Positions 1 to 12,960 of a DNA stretch of 64,000 nucleotides are shown piece by piece; position 1 is the stretch's first letter, and every line of letters starts with the position of its first letter. The notes beneath the pieces are model-generated. The model saw only the letters and a program-made list of their open reading frames with translations, made no database searches and was not told the origin of the DNA. A program made the translations under genes and the position numbers. Origin of the DNA: Schmidtea polychroa (taxonomy: Eukaryota); the NCBI GenBank assembly GCA_044892525.1, contig CM097886.1:146382001-146446000 (forward strand), in the 5' to 3' direction.

Positions 1-639
1 AAAATCCCCCCCGGCGGGGGGGGGGGGGGATTTTGACCTTGATCCAAAGTAAGTATGTATGTATCTATAATGTACGATTATTGATTTTTTTGTTATATTA
101 TAGGAAATGCTTCTCAGTGGCGTTTGGTGTAAATACGGATTGAAATTTCACTTGAAAAACAGACTTTATCAGGAGCTCTCAATTTGCAGTGTATGCTATC
201 GCGGTAAGGTAAATTTGATTTTTTTTGTATGTGTAATGTAATTTTGTTACGTCTAATGTTATGAATTAATAAAATTTTAAATAGAAGTTAATTCTTCGTT
301 TATATTTTAATAATAAATATTTTACTTTTACTCGGTCATAATTTTATTAATAATTGAAGTTGAATTGATTTATAATAGATTTATGTGTCGATGCACTAGA
401 TTCAGCGGAATAGTTGTGAACTGATGACATTCATGTCGTTGGTCAGCAGATGTTTCGTCAGTTTGGTCCATCGGATAGTTTATGACCTTGTTTAGGTTTA
501 GAAAGTATAGGATGGCTCAGTCACTTTTACTTTTATAGGTATCACTGAGTTAGAAGAAATAATAGGATAGTTATGATCAGTTGTCGGTAGATGAAGTAGG
601 TTTAGACAATTTTATAAAGACCACGAAGAGTTAAGATGT

Positions 640-1140
640 CGGATAGTCCATAATTAGAAATACAGACAGATCCATGCTCAAATTTTTATGAGGAGTGTGG
701 AAACATGTGTATTAACTTGGGAATAAGGGCAGAACCCTACTCAAATTTTTGAAAATTTAAGTTATATTTTTTCACAAGAACCGCCGAAAATATGGAACGA
801 CATTTATCGACAAATATTATAGAAAACACATAATGATTTACGACAGAAAAAATAAGGGCGCATCCCTGCACGAAATTCTGAAAAGAAACAATAGAAAACA
901 TCTAGAAATGAGAACCATAGATGAATGAGATAGAAAAGTAGAAAATGATTAATGACGTAAGACCTTCTATCGGCCGTCTAGAACCCGAAGAGAAATTACA
1001 ATGAGGAGTAGTTTTAGCAATAGAGCTCACCTGCTCATTGTTTTTTCGCCTTTGTGTACAGTACCAACATGGTCCTCGCCATGGGTACACAAATGGTTTA
1101 AAGTACAATAGTCATGGAAGTGCTTAGGAAAGAGTCGAGT
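640..1140 (+). mobile_element. Heavily decayed Ty3/gypsy integrase C-terminal remnant
   Basis: Broken frames give TDR..F.EECGNMCINLGI (integrase SDNG..F...C..LGI-like) and VPTWSSPWV (P.W.GP-like); many stops. Confidence 0.35.
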
Positions 1141-1199
1141 GAATACCCGTGATTACCCCTAACGTATTTAAAATTTAAAAATGACACACCCCTAAGTAA

Positions 1200-1830
1200 C
1201 CAACATAAGTGATTTCTTGCTTTAATTTTTATTTGCAAAAGCGATTAAAATCCAATTTCCCACAGGTAGATAGTGTCAAATGGTAAAAGTGACTGCTATG
1301 TTCTTTTCGCCAGATGTGGAGACCGTCATAACTGCGTATATCATAATTGCTGTAATTCAAATTGTTCAAATTCTATTTTAATGTCTACAATCTCGTATTT
1401 CAACTAGATCTTTTTTTTTAAATAACAATCATACATGGAATTTAGGTCATATAGAAATGGATCCGATATTCATCCCTGAGTTTCGGTTATATTTCCAATA
1501 GAAAAATATCCATTGAATGATTCACCCAATCGTTTCAAATGTATTCTATTGTCAGGTATATTAGTATTTTTTTCATTTCCCAGAACAATTTAAACAAGCA
1601 AGTATGTAAAATTCCCATTTTCAACTCGAATTGTCCATATTTCCAATTTTCTAATAAATGAAGAGAATTTTTAACTAGCTATAAATATATTTTTACCAAA
1701 TATTCGGATTGATATTTTCAATTTATTCAGGTGGCTAAATAGATTTGCTAAGTAAGCTAGCCTCATTATTGCATCATTTTTCTCAAAATCTAACTAAATC
1801 ACAGTTCTGACTAGTCAGTAACTGAATAAT
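1200..1830 (-). mobile_element. hAT (Buster/Charlie-type) transposase remnant, 3' part
   Basis: Reverse translation gives IMRLAYLANLFSHLNKLKISI...SFIRKLEIW and LPFDTIYLWEIGF*SLLQIKIKARN, matching the Buster/ZBED5-8 LAYLADIF and LPF.TTYLCE.GFS motifs. Confidence 0.75.
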
Positions 1831-4800
1831 TTCTTCACCCAATTGAAAACCACTTACGATAACCAAAACAAAGGTACTCAAATAGAATATAAGGACAATA
1901 GGCAAAGCCAAATCTACTGTACTGTTTTGATGTTTAACAGCCAGTGTTGCCAGGTCGCAGGCAACGAAGAAAATATCTTGACGGGTGGCAACTAGTGTCT
2001 TGGGTCACGCAAAATAAAAGAAGCTTGACTATTACCATTACATTTACTCTTATTATAAAAAATTTAAATTTTCTACCTAAAATATAAATCGGCAGCTACT
2101 CGTAATGATTCCAACTAGTTCAATTTACAATATACTTTCCAACCATTGTCTTTATGTTTACAGTGAAAGTTTATAAATGTTATAACTGATTACTTTTGAA
2201 GCAATTTTTTTGACAGGTTAATGAATTACGATTTAAATGCTTACAGTTAACCATCTTTTCTTACCAGTCATGATCATATTTGATTTTTTAAAACCATAAT
2301 ACAAGGTTCTTATTTCATGTTTCTAATACATCTAAATAATATTCAAAAATATGAATTGTGTTAATCCAATTTTGATTTAACACGTTAAAAATAATATTTA
2401 TTAAAAAACAAGCATTTCGTGTGCTTTTATTACTAAAAATTCCGCAGCTATACAAAAAATTGCTGAACATTAGTCAACAATTTTAATTAATTCAGTTTAA
2501 ATATATCAATTATTTAACAATATCAAAATACTATATCAAAAAAGCAACAAAGAGAAATAAATAGGCTTCAAACTTTCTTTTTTATAAATCCAAAGCTTTC
2601 AAGTGTTTTCTGAGACGAAGAAATTAAGTTACTAGAATTTTGGCATTGGTCATGAGTCATTTCTCTGTCTGAAGGTTCGTTTGACATTTGACTGTAATAA
2701 GATTGAGCTCCATTCCTTAGTATTTCTAGTGTTTTCTCTAATATATAATAGATAAAATTCTAAAAATAATCCCACTTTCAATATTCTTAATATAATTATC
2801 TTTATTAGAATTAAAATAATGTTCGGATATATATTGTTTACAATGTCTTTCAATATTTAGTTCACCAAATTTTCTTTTCATGTTAATTGTTTTTTGATTA
2901 TTAAAACAACCTCTTAATAATTTATCTATAAGACCTTAGTAGAAATAATAACCATCAATTATTTAATGTATATATAATTTTAATTATTAATCTGTCAGTT
3001 TAAATGGTAGTGTAACCTAAAACTAAAAAATGTGGAAAATTGAAAAACATTAAATATAGGTTATTCCGAAAATTACTGGATGTTGTTAAAAATTTTACTG
3101 TTCCAAAACCATCTATCAAAAGAAAATTATTTTTCATTAACGGAAAAAATAAAAGTATAATATTTAACCTCAAATAAATAAGCATAAACGTCTCTAGGTG
3201 AAAAGCGCATCCTTAATTCATTTGTTTGTCTAAATGCAATCTCATTTGAAAGTATCTTTATGAAGTTAAAATATGAAAAGATCAAAAAGTATAAAAATTG
3301 GCAATTACCTGATAAAATACAAAAAAAAATATTATACTTTCAAAGAGTAACATATCAAAACTTATTACCTCAAGGGCGCACGAACCTATTAGGACGACCC
3401 TGAAAACCATATTAGATGAACATGTCATTTTACTAATTATAGGGTCCTTTTGACTCGAAGAAGTCCTGTGAATGAATAGCCTGTTGATTCGTGCACAACT
3501 GGGTATAATTATTAGTTTAGTCTAATAAGTAGAAAACTTGATACAAGATATTAATAATCAATAATTTCAAAATCCTTCATTCCAAAAAATTGAAATGAAT
3601 TGTAATTTTCAAAAGTTATTCATATTTAACTTCAATACAAAATATCGAATGGATATTTTCTATAATCGTAAACATGGGTTGTCCTTAACTTAATTGTATG
3701 AAGGATGGTGTAATGTAACTTCATTTCAGCTTATTGTTGACATTTCGATGCCAAATTAGATCTCTAATTCTAAGGAAGTTAGTTCTGCAATATTTAGTAA
3801 ACAATGAATTGCAACGAAATTCATCGACGGAAGCCGGATCTAATAACCTACGTTGTATATGGAATAATTACCGTTATCCCAATGATTGCCAATAGCGGTT
3901 GGTGTTATTTCCGTTATAATCGTACACGAAGGGCTCTCGACAAATCTAACATGATAGCAATACTCGTGAATCATTCTGATTTATTATAGAGAACATGAAC
4001 GAGGGTATAGATGAGAATATGAAGAGGAAAATAGCCGAGATTATAGACGAGAGTACAGAGAAAGTCATAGACGGGTATATAGCCGAAACTAAACGAAATT
4101 ATAGTGGGAAAAACCGAACAATGAATCTAGAATAGATAATAATGTAGAAAAAAATAAGTGAAAAGATAGAAATAACAATAAAGACTCTAATTAAGAATAA
4201 GTTGGAGAAATGACCAAAATCGAGTTAAATAGATATAAGAGTCGACGCAAGTACGACCGATGATACCGTTTTGAGTATAGTTACGATGTTGGGAGAGATA
4301 CAACTAAGTAGAGCAGTGAACTAAGTAGGAAAAAGAGCGACGATAATAACAGTAATGAATGGAAGAAATATAAAGGTCACCAAAATAGTAAATTTAAAGA
4401 AATGAATAAATGTAGAAACAAACGCGAGCAGAACAAAGACTACATTAATATGGAAAAAGTAGGATAGAATTAAGAATACAATCTTCAAGTTAATACAAAG
4501 AGATAAATCCAAAGAGATAGATAGTCAAAGCGGAGAAAACCACAGAACAAGGAAAAAATGCATTAAAATAAATAACGATCGAGAAAATTACGTACGAACG
4601 TGAGAACAGTGGTGTAAACAAAATGAACGAAGAAATAAATACCAAGGCATGACTAGATACCAAGAAAACAAAGTAATAACATGAAAGCAAATCGATCGTG
4701 ATCTGCTATATAATATATTAATTATAATTTATGAAAGTAATAAACGATATGGAGAAGTGATATTTTTCTATTTAGGTAATTCTAACAATCAAGCAAACCA

Positions 4801-5215
4801 CACAGTATCAACAATCAATAAGAATCAGCAATAAATTATTAAGCCAATCCCAGAGATATTGAGCCAATTGCGAAATATACCAGATCAAAAAAATCAATAA
4901 TAGAACCAAGTTTATTGAAAGAAGAAGAAATAAACGTTACAAAGAACGGAAGACGAACTATCAAACCCAAACAAGCGCAAAAGATCCAAACAGAAAATTA
5001 AACCAACATTTCGGAAACTAAAAGTCGACCTTTAAAAGTAAGCGGCAAAAATAACTCCGAAAAACACTGGTCAAGCAGTCTAACACACCTATTAGAACTT
5101 AAAGAAAGAGAAAAACTGTCCAAATAGGAATAAATAAAATTCCACCTAACCAAAAGAAAAGACAACCGGAAAAAGAATACTATTAAAAATGACGGACACA
5201 GCATCCTAAATAGAA

Positions 5216-5640
5216 ATGGTCCACAAAAGAGTCGATGAAATAGAGATACTCAATTTTAAAGAAAAATATCATGGTGAAAAATTCAATGGAAAATCGAACA
5301 AAATATCAAGTTTCGTCCAACAATTCGAATCATATTGTGACGCTCAACAATGGACACCTGAAATGGTAGTGAGAAGATTACACATATATCTATCAGGTGA
5401 CGTTTTTAATTGGTACGTCGGAATAAAGGAGTGTACTACCTCACCAAAAACCCGGAAAGGAATTAAGGAGGCCCTGATAAAAAAAATTTTGGAGAAACAA
5501 AAGACGCATAATATGAATTTCTTAAATTCTTCAATCAAGGACAAGCAGTGGACGAATCAAACATAATTTATACAAGCGCACTTAGACGTCTAGCCAAAGA
5601 GGTGTTCAGTAAGAAAGATATGGAAACACAACTGGTAACC
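5216..5640 (+). pseudogene. Ty3/gypsy gag N-terminal fragment
   Basis: ORF 5216-5566 KFNGKSNKISSFVQQFESYCDAQQW...LHIYLSGDVFNWY is the typical retrotransposon capsid N-terminal pattern; it is cut at ~5640 by hAT sequence. Confidence 0.7.
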
Positions 5641-5659
5641 CATTATTTCTCAAAAGAGC

Positions 5660-6170
5660 TTCTGCATTTTTAGAACAATTGATTCAATATATTGAAAAAA
5701 GATTTGATTTCATTAATAAATAAATACAAAGCTCTAAATGTTTTTAAATTGGTAGAAGTTCCTGTTTTTTAAGATTTATTAAATGTACTGAAGGTATTTC
5801 CTATAAAAAATATTGACGTAGATGGTTTATTTGACGAGTACATAATATTTAAAGAAATTATACAAGATATACAGAAATAAACATATGAAGATAAATGGTT
5901 AAAAATATTTAAAACATTTAATTCTCCAAATATGCTTAATATTGTAGAATTTATTTTTTCGGTACCTCATTCCAACGCGATGAGTGAACGCATGTTTAGT
6001 TTAATGTTTTATGCTTGGAGATCAGATAGAAGTCGTCTCCTTATTTAAAAATATAGAAGCTGAAATCCTCGTGAAGCATAATTTTAATATGAATTGCAAA
6101 GAGTTTTACAAATATGTGATTTAGAAAGATGAATTATTAAAAAAACTTAAAGGAAATGAAAAATATACCT
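5660..6170 (+). mobile_element. hAT transposase C-terminal dimerization-domain remnant
   Basis: Translates NMLNIVEFIFSVPHSNAMSERMFSLMFYAWRSDRSRL...EAEILVKHNF (hATC S.A.SER.FS motif). Confidence 0.75.
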
Positions 6171-6529
6171 AATCAAATTATAATTAAATGAAGTCCTTGT
6201 GATTTATTTTTTAAATTGTTATACTATTAATATAATTAATTTTAATATTTTATTGAAGTGATATAATTAATTTTTTGTTAAGGCAGAATTAAAGACCTTG
6301 TGATTTATTTTTTAAGTTATTTTATTTTTTAAAATAATTTAATAATTTTATATATAACATATTTACTGATAATTATAATAATAAAAAAAATTACATAACA
6401 TGTATCTTTAATTGTTTTCTTTTTTATGCTGATCAATTTTTGTATGTACGTTTTTTTCGAAATTTTTATCTGGCAAGCCTACCATGGGATCAGATTTTAT
6501 TCTAGGTTGTACAAGTTTAATTACACATA

Positions 6530-8060
6530 CTATAAAACGTCTGGAAATCCAATAATTCAAAATCATAGGCGCATGGAAATGCAGATGGAATCAAAGGTGG
6601 ACGATATGATTATTACATTATTAAAATTGGGCATTATCAGGAATCTACGTTCGTGTTAGGTAAGAAAGACTGATCAATCAAGATGTGTCAAGATTTTAGC
6701 AAGGTTAATGAAGTTACTGAAATATTCAGTTTTCCAATGGCTTTTCCCTAAATAATATTTGATTCTTTGTCCGGATCTTCAGTTTTTTGTATCTAGACTT
6801 GGAGCAGGCATATTATCAGGTATATGTTTGTATGAAGCGGCTAAGGGACATAAAAAAGATTAAAAGGAATGACGAGTGTGAGGAAAGTTTCCGAAAACTT
6901 AAACATGCATTATCGAGTGCATCAATATTTACGCTTCCAAATAAGGTCGATTACTTTATTTTTGATACTAATGCGTGTTTAAGTGGAATTGGTGCTGTTC
7001 TAAGTCAAGTTTAAAATGGTTGTGAAAAAAGTCATAGCATATGGTTCAAGACTTTTAAGTGCTCGCGAGAAAAGATATTGTGTGACTAGAAAAGAACTAT
7101 TAGCAATATACGAGTATATACGATGTATTTTCGACATTATTTATATGACAAAAAGTTTGATATAAGTTCGGATCATAAGGGTTTAAAGTCCTTAAAATCA
7201 ACTTCGAAACCAATAAGTCCACAATTATAAACATGGTTGTGTGAATTGTCAGGTTATGATTTTGATTTAAAATATAGAAAGGGTGAAAATCATAACAATG
7301 CTGATGGACTATCGAAGATATTGCTAAGTTATTATCCACAATGTCAAACCGAACACGAAGAAGGAAAACTTGAAAAGAGCCGAATAATATTTTTAAACGT
7401 GATTACTTCAAGTAATTTAAATATGCACGTATATATTGAGAATCAGGAAACAGATAATCTGCTGTCTACAATAAAGAAATATGTACTAAACCTGAGTCCC
7501 GAGATACCTCACTTGATTCGGGATTCACTTTATTTCAAAAGATTGGATTAGATATTGGTAAAAGACAATCTGTTATTAATATTAAATGATGATAAGCAGA
7601 AGGTAATTCAGCAGAAGATAGCGTCACAAGAAGTACAGCATATGCATAAAGAACTGTGCCATTTAGGAGTTAAGAAAACAACAAATTATATGAACGATTA
7701 TTTCTTTGGATACACATGGTAACCGATGTACGAGATATTATAAAAATGTGATGTATGCAAGAGAAGAAAAGTTTTGACAAGCCAGACAGCTGAGTATTTA
7801 ATTCCTAGGGTAATAATGAATTCGATAGAACAAATTGTAATCGATATTACTCATATGAAAGAAACCAGAAACCGTGACCGTTATTTGTTAGTAATAATTG
7901 ATCAGTTCAGTAAGATGGATAGTTTAATGCCTATTTCGCACCAATATGAAATGACTGCATATTGGGCACTTTAACAGAATTGGTTATACAATTGTTTCGG
8001 ATAGAGGTAAGGTTTTCGAGGGAAGTTGAATCAAAGGGTTACTTGATAATTTTATCATCG
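6530..8060 (+). pseudogene. Ty3/gypsy pol remnant (partial RT, RNase H, integrase)
   Basis: LLKLGIIR and YLDLEQAYYQV (RT); FIFDTNACLSGIGAVLSQ, IAYGSRLLSAREKRYCVTRKELLAI and YRKGENHNNADGLS (RNase H); HKELCHLGVKKT..CDVC and IVIDIT...LLVIIDQFSK (integrase). Order RT-RH-IN is gypsy type; multiple stops and frameshifts. Confidence 0.9.
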
Positions 8061-8139
8061 AATGGCACAGTTCTTTATGCATATGCTGTACTTCTTGTGA
8101 CGCTATCTTCTGCTGAATTACCTTCTGCTTATCATCATT
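7585..8139. repeat. Exact 79-bp inverted repeat (7585-7663 vs 8061-8139)
   Basis: 8061-8139 is the exact reverse complement of 7585-7663 (aatgatgataagcagaagg...gaactgtgccatt). Confidence 0.95.
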
Positions 8140-9789
8140 AAAGTTACTAATTTAATTAATCTTTTACGAATTATTTACCAAATATTTATTTAAAATATCC
8201 ATTAAAAGGCAATCCGAATTCGAAGACAATTTTTGCCATCAGATCCAGCTGCATGGAGGTGTAATGCAACGATCCGTACATTTTACCCGATTTCATTATA
8301 TTCCCTAATTGTTATAGGTGGCGAGATCGACACCATTTCTACACAGGTAATTTCTCTTATGTTATTAAATTGTTTATTTTCAGCAAACTGGCTTTTCTTG
8401 ATAAAAAAAATTGACTGCCGAGTGGTTTTATTTCTACTCTTATGGGCTTGGCTGAGATATGATGATGGATCTTTCTCGGTGATGCCTTCTATGGTGATCT
8501 ATCCTAGTAAACAGATGTGAGTTTTGAATAATGTTTATAAAAATAAAAATTTTCTTTTTTCGTATTAAATTAAATTTGACTTTTATACGGTGATTAGCCA
8601 TGTGGAAATCTAAAAATTTCAAATTTGCGTTTTTAGTTAAATTCAACAGTTACAAAGTGGCTAACCATGGGATAATTAAGGCTAAGAGTGTTGCTGGAGG
8701 ATTAATGTTAAGGTTGGCCTGGCAAGCTGCCATGAAGATCTTTTGTCTCTCGTCCGTGGTAAGTGTAAGTCGATTTATGATGAGATCGAGTGTTAAAGTG
8801 GCGATTTCTCTTATGGCCGACGGTGATTGATCGGTTCATGGGGTTGACGTGTCGGGTCGGTTACATAGTATATGAATTTGCAGTTAACACATTATGAAGG
8901 GTATGTTACTCGCTTATTGGTCAATATTGAAAAATTTTTAAAAATCGATAATTTTACTTAAACTTTAATCAATAAAATAAATAATATAGTTTGAATATTT
9001 GAATTATGGGTTAGTTCGTGGTATTTACCTGGGGTAGGTTTTGCTGTTAACAATTTTAAAATGATTTATACAATTCAAGCAATATAGCTATCAGCTAGGT
9101 TGCAACACGTACACAGGGTAAGATAGTAATTATAACCTTTTTAATCAAATTAATTGGGGTCTATCATCATTCAGTTTGTGGTATTTTGTAGGACCTTGAT
9201 GAGGTGGGTTTATTACAAATTCAATGGTTTGAATGTGAGATAAGATAGTTTAGTGATAGTTGATGATGGATTTAGTGTGAATAACATAATTAGGGTGAAA
9301 TATAAGTCATTTATCATGTTTGTACAAGATAGGGTATTGAGGACGATATGGTTAGTATAAATAATGTCATCTGAATATTATTAAGGTATGAGTTAATAAT
9401 ATGAGGCTAATATGATAAATTGAGGTAATTCTAATCTAAGTTGAGAATGCCATAAGTTGATTGGTGTGGCTAATATAATCAAAGTGACCATAATGTACGT
9501 TAATAATGTGAGGGCAATAAGATACATTAAGGTAATAATAATATAAATGGTTAACGATGCAAGTGATAGAATTCGAGTATGGTAGAAGTTAATGATAATG
9601 TGGATTAATAATATAAGGTTAATAAAATCATTTAATAACAATATAAGTTGTTAACTATATAAGTTAAATAGTATGAATGATATAATTTGATTGTAATATA
9701 ATTTGATAATAATGGTCGTTAATAATAATAATACAAAGTTTATAATATTATGAATTATAATTTGATGATAAACATACACTAATATGTAA

Positions 9790-10630
9790 ATAATAAACAA
9801 TAAACCATCAACCTTACTATTAGTTTTCGAATTAGTTCGGTTCAATTCACGAAGACAAGTTTTGGCATAAAAAGTGTAAAGTCTTTTCAGTGTTTTTTTG
9901 ATCAAAATGTGGCGGTATATATACCTAGTTTTCGTGTGTGCGAATGCATAAGTGTGCATTGATGCAGTAAAACAAACTCGAATTCTTTTTAATTCTGGAA
10001 AATTCTACTTTTTATTTTCACTGATTTTTATGGAGATTTTTTCGTAATAATTTTTGTTTTTATTTTTCAATTATTTTTTATTACATATACCTCCATGATG
10101 GATTTACGCATTTCTAGAAAATTCCACACTAAGTTTAATCTAATTCTTATTTTAAAATCGTTTTTTGGTGAATTGTTTTTTAAAGATTTTTATATGTTGA
10201 ATTAAATTATTTTTTTTTAAATTTTATTGTGTCGCTTGGCGGCCATGATGGGTTTTGCCATTTTCAATGATTAATTTGTGTTTTTGATTATAATTTGGAT
10301 AAAATTTTCTCTATTTCAGATTTTTGTGAGATATTCGTTTAATTTTTTCACTAATTTTTACGAATCGCCTTTATTCGAGTTTGTTTCTGCAGTTCTATGC
10401 TTTTCTGTTGTATTTGAGTCGGTTTTCGTGCAATACTTCTTGCAATGTTTTAGTTTATTATTATTTGGGTGTTTTTAGTTTACGTTTTATTTTCTCTATT
10501 ATTACTGTTTAATTGGTGTTGTATTATGTTTTAATTTTAATTATACTTAATGCTGGGTATGTGTGTTGTGTGTCACCATATTTCGTCACAATCTCAAGAT
10601 GTGGGTCAAGTATTCAGTTCTAGCCCAATA
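9790..10630 (-). mobile_element. LTR-like sequence, family D (diverged copy, inverted relative to 14701-15460)
   Basis: Minus strand starts tattgggctagaactga and shares blocks with 14701-15460 (aaatccatcatgga, agaattaaaagaattcg, actaatagtaagg). Confidence 0.55.
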
Positions 10631-11196
10631 TTATATAAATGGGAAAAAATAAAAGTAACGTTTGAATCTTTTTAAAGAAAATAAAATATTTAAACTAAAC
10701 AAATAATCCTTTAAATAAAAAAAATGCATTAAATAAGTCATAAATGAAATTCACTTGAAAACAAAACAATTATTTATTTTAAATGAAATTAAACAGAGAA
10801 AAGAAATCCACTTTTTTTCAACAATTATTTATTATAAATGAAATAAAACAAATAAATCTAGATCTTTTAAATAAATAAAAAAATTCAATTTAATAAAGTT
10901 AAGTAAATAAATCAGAGACTGAAACCGAACTCGAACCCAGATGGGTTCAGGTTCGCTGTATTTTTAACCATGAACCGGAACCCTGTTGAAAACAGAAACT
11001 CATGCAGGTTATTCTGAATTTTTTTAGAAAAATAAAGGACAAAAAAGTAGTAAAGTTTTCGTATTCGTTAATGTTGCCTAGCTTATTTTCTTACGATACA
11101 AAATACAAAAAAAATGTCAAAAAAATAATTTCAATAAAAATTGATTCTGCTTCTCGTCTTGGAAGATGTATTGTAGGAATAAATACTCAATATATT

Positions 11197-11848
11197 TGTT
11201 GAGGATACCTAAATGAAAATTAACATAATAAATAAATAAAATACCTGGGGAAGATCGTCATGACAAATTGGACGATCTATGGGAACTCAGAAAAGAAAAC
11301 AGAAGTAAAAAGAAATTAAAAATGAGAAAGATAAATCAAATAAAAGGAAACAAACAAGAAATTAAAACAAAGGTCATTGTTAATTAAGAAGTAAAAATGA
11401 AGGTGGAATTTCAAAAAACAAAATAAGGGAAAAAGCCGTATCTTGACAGCCTGTCAAAGATAGCGAAATAGCCGGGAGAAGGCGGCTTAACAGAAAAGGA
11501 AAATGGGAAAATATCTTGACATCTGTCAGAGATAAGGCTGATTGAGAGGAAAAGGAAAAGGATAAACAGAATCTGTCGCCAGTGCCACAAACAAAACAAC
11601 TATATAAGGGAAAACTGGTGGACGAGAATCAGGACAGATTGAGAAACAAAAACAGAGCGAAAAGTAGAACGGAAACAGAACGAAGTTGAGAGCAAAACGA
11701 AACGAAATTAGAGGCAAAAAAGTAGAGTAAAATTAGAGACGACAGAGTAAAAAGGGAAATCAACACAGAGTGAAAAGAGAAGTGACAAGAATCTTTTATA
11801 AAATTGAATATAAAGTAAAAGTGGAGTAAATAAATTGTGTGGTCAAAG
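11197..11848 (+). mobile_element. LTR-like purine-rich fragment interrupting the hAT transposase
   Basis: Starts tgttgagg like family A LTRs, exactly where hAT-like coding stops; purine-rich U3-like composition; no matching end found. Confidence 0.4.
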
Positions 11849-12960
11849 TGTTGGGGTTCAGTAAGAACCGGAACTAAAAGTTTTAGAGTTAAATAAAAAT
11901 AGTGTTAAATAATTACCAAAAATAGAATTAAAATTACCAACTTTAGAATTTAATTATAAATAGTAACAAACAATTACTAAATTTAGATTTTTAACAAAAA
12001 TAGTATTTGAATAAAAAAATAAGTAGTATAAATAGTAATTAAATAATTACTATTAATAAAATAGAGTAAATAAAATGGTATTGTAAATTTTAGCTTAAGG
12101 ACGATATAAAATAGGTCAAACGAAAAGAAAAGAAAAAAAAATTATTGGGGCTCATCATTTTTGATTCAGTACAACGACTAAGATATAAATAGATTCGTTT
12201 AAAGATTTCATCAATTAAGAAATTTGGTTTAGTATCGATTAGAAAGATAGATTGCACCAATTGACAATTTGGTATCATCGATTAGAAATATAGCTTTCAA
12301 CAATCGACTATTTGGTATTTACTCATTATTATCGACTTGGAAATATAGCTACCAACAAGAAGAAATTTGGATTTAATAATCATTAGCCAATCAATTGGGA
12401 ACTTAACTCCAATAATTATCTATTGGAGTTGGAAATCAAAAGGAAAACAGACTATAGCATCGATAAAGAAGCTCAAAAACCAATTCGCGGTTTCGCTATT
12501 ATTGATTATTAATTAGTTAGTTATTACTTTTGAATTGTATATAGATTATTTCTAAAATTAAAGGGACACAGTCACCAGCCAACACTTTTGTAGCTGTTCT
12601 GACTGTTATAATTCCAACTATTAACCAATCATCTGGGTTAATAGTATAGCGATAAAACTTCGGGAATCCCTCCTCTTTATCCGTTCACCTATATCGGGCT
12701 GTTGGCGCATTTAGGGCCAGCCTTGATCCTTTGAAATAATCTTTAGGGCGGTTTGTATAACCGACATCTGAGCTTTAGCGTGCAGCCAGTTTTGCTAATT
12801 GTAATTGTATCAATTGTTTGTAAAATACTTCAGTTTTAAATAAATATTTAAAAGCATATTTGTTATTTATATCCAAACTACCTACACGCGTTATAACTAA
12901 TATTTGTGGAGTCAGATTTTCGATTGTGTTAGTTCGAGTACCTACCCATCGAACCTAACA
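11849..12960 (+). mobile_element. Solo LTR, family B copy 1 (1112 bp)
   Basis: tgttggggttcag...gaacctaaca (TG..CA), 4-bp TSD aaag on both sides, homologous to 22483-23560. Confidence 0.92.

Noticed and set aside
1-35. C-run/G-run inverted repeat at the window start
   Set aside because: Truncated by the window edge; similar G runs occur in hAT subtermini (e.g. ~54078).
104-203. Possible small exon (ag...gtaag) encoding SGVWCKYG...CSVCYRG
   Set aside because: No partner exons or recognisable homology, and the downstream sequence resembles a hAT 3' UTR.
3800-4700. Decayed gag/protease-like sequence (similar weak signals at 32130-32500, 37690-39100 and 56950-57220)
   Set aside because: Only fragmentary motif hints across many stops; too weak to call by eye.
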